NCBI RefSeq assembly: GCF_006345805.1
Contig: NC_043009.1
Location: 34,162,001-34,226,000, forward strand
DNA length: 64,000 bases
Source of the DNA: Octopus sinensis
Lineage: Eukaryota
Direction of reading: 5' to 3'
Part shown: piece after piece, positions 62,257-64,000 of the stretch
Layout of the letters: each line of letters opens with the position of its first letter
Numbering within the stretch: the stretch's first letter is position 1
Made by a program: the position numbers and the translations under genes
Notes under the pieces: generated by a model
Seen by the model: the letters and a program-made list of their open reading frames with translations, nothing else
The model's database searches: none
Told to the model about the DNA's origin: nothing

Positions 62257-62860
62257 GACAAGCATTTTGGTGGTAGTAACGAGTAGTTCATATATATTAA
62301 AATATATGTGCAATTATTTTTTTAAATTAAACCTAAAATACTTTAAAAGATATTGTCATATTAGATCAGGTCACTTGCTATGCAAGTACATCTCCGTATA
62401 GCTCCGAGAATTTACATTAAAAAATAAAGATCTAAGATCGTGTGCTGAAACAAAAACAATTGCAACGTGGAAGGTGTTTACATGCCATTTAAAAACACAC
62501 AAAAAACCGTTAGATTCACTTCAACATTTAAATTTAATTTGTCAAAATATTTTCGTCGCTTTGAAACCGCGACCTGTTCAGTGACAAAATTCCGTGCTGC
62601 AAATTAAATTTAAATGCTGAAGTGAATCTAACGCGGTTTTTTAAAACTTATTTTTTAAATGGCTTATAGATACCTTCCACAGAGCAATTATCTTCTTTTA
62701 TTTATTGTAAAATTTTATTCTGTTTGTACAGAAAGTAAAGAAACTTTCATTGATATATGACAATATCTTTTAAAGTATTTTAGGTTTAATTTTAAAAAAT
62801 AATTGCACATATATTTTAATATATATGAAATACTCGTTACTACCACCAAAATGCTTGTCC
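62257..62860. repeat. Long inverted repeat (arms about 62257-62541 / 62600-62860)
   Basis: Outer 105 bp are near-perfect (caagcattttggtggtagtaacgagta..); the inner part is more diverged. Confidence 0.85.
62539..62587 (-). ncRNA. Candidate hammerhead in the IR spacer (C3/C8)
   Basis: Minus strand: ttgtca-CTGAACA-G-gtcgc-ggtttcaaa-gcgac-GAA-AATATT-T-tgacaa. Confidence 0.6.
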
Positions 62861-62915
<55 letters not shown>

Positions 62916-62920
62916 ATATA

Positions 62921-63076
62921 TAAATGTAATATGTGACAATTATTCGCCAAGATAAAACTCTGAGTTTCGGATGCCGAGGTGGAAATTCACACCACCATCT
63001 CTTCAGTTATCCACCTCGGCATCCGAAACTCAGAGTTTTATCTTGGCTACCGAATAATTGTCACATATTACATTTA
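62921..63076. repeat. Inverted repeat (62921-62983 / 63010-63076)
   Basis: gccaagataaaactctgagtttcggatgccgaggtgga and its reverse complement. Confidence 0.92.
62951..63011 (-). ncRNA. Type I hammerhead motif
   Basis: Minus strand: gataa-CTGAAGA-gatg-gtgg..ccac..catc-c-GAA-ACTC-A-GAGT-T-ttatc. Confidence 0.7.
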
Positions 63077-63147
63077 CAGATAAATTCCTCTATTTACATA
63101 ATGTTGAGGTCTCTTTCTTTCTTTCTTTTGTTATCTTACCGTTTTTA

Positions 63148-63212
<65 letters not shown>

Positions 63213-63831
63213 ACATTTTCAAACACAAATCCTTAAAACAAGTTTAACAAGAATGAACACCCAACGAGTTATTAATAATCATTGTCGGATAGAGAAATAA
63301 ATTGCAAATCAATGAAAGGCGAAGCTAATTGATCTTGTACGAGAACGTTCACCCGTCAACGTTACCAGGCGGATGCACAAACTTCCTTGTTCCGGATACA
63401 GAAAATAAACATCAACCTACTCGACCACTGGAAAACGCACTTCTTTTTCGTCGGAAATGAAACAGTAATTAACCCAACCTACCTATCCATTACCGGGAAC
63501 GACCTGCCAGATTCATATCCTTAACTCCGCCAGTATAAACTTCAGCACGGCGAAAAGTAGCTCAGAAGAGATGCTGGATCGGTATAGAGTCAATGTGTCC
63601 TATTTACAATAAACACAATAGCATGGAGCTTCAGACACTCTCACAAGCAAGGGACAAAAGCACAAATACTTCTGATGGGTATTGGCGATGGGATGGACTT
63701 TTCCCTCTGTTGCTATCCCGCGGCTAATGAACACATAAACAAAGCACATACAGTACTTATGTGACACCGATATTACACATACACTCAAAGGTGACGAACT
63801 GGCATAGTCGTTAGTACGTAAGGCAAAATGC

Positions 63832-64000
63832 GGATCTTTTCGGTTTGAACGGCAGTTTTTTCTAGCGGTGTCATATGAAATTGTCACCCATAATTATGAC
63901 CCTAGTATCTATCTATTGCATTTCAATCTGTTTTAGGGTTAGGTTTAGGGATGGGGGGAAGGGTATCTTTTTTCTTCACAAATGTAAATAAACCCAATCT
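63832..64000 (+). mobile_element. GGATC-terminal MITE, left part, inserted in a SINE A head
   Basis: Left TIR ggatcttttcggtttgaacggcag follows ggtgacgaactggcatagtcgttag; contains TTAGGG repeats. Confidence 0.88.

Overview
AT-rich animal genomic DNA saturated with microsatellites and transposon debris. The SINE/MITE repertoire suggests a coleoid cephalopod, probably Octopus (inference from pattern recognition, no search run). I find no intact host protein-coding gene, rRNA, tRNA gene or CRISPR array, and most ORF-track entries are microsatellite artefacts. Recognisable coding remnants are all mobile: four or five Penelope-like element (PLE) GIY-YIG endonuclease fragments, R4/Dong-like, RTE, CR1/L2 and L1/Tx1-like LINEs, a Gypsy gag-protease-RT fragment, a hAT transposase and a Helitron RepHel piece. 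Three tRNA-like SINE families and several MITEs are also present. The main hidden structure is a set of about 14 minimal type I hammerhead ribozyme (HHR) motifs, intact to degenerate. They lie downstream of PLE endonucleases or in or near inverted duplications, include U3-A8 core variants and a recurring extra nucleotide after A9, and one pair forms a perfect 158-bp palindrome. A second oddity is a PLE GIY-YIG domain whose short inter-motif loop is expanded by about 280 low-complexity codons. All folds and alignments were done by eye, and boundaries are approximate unless exact motifs are quoted.
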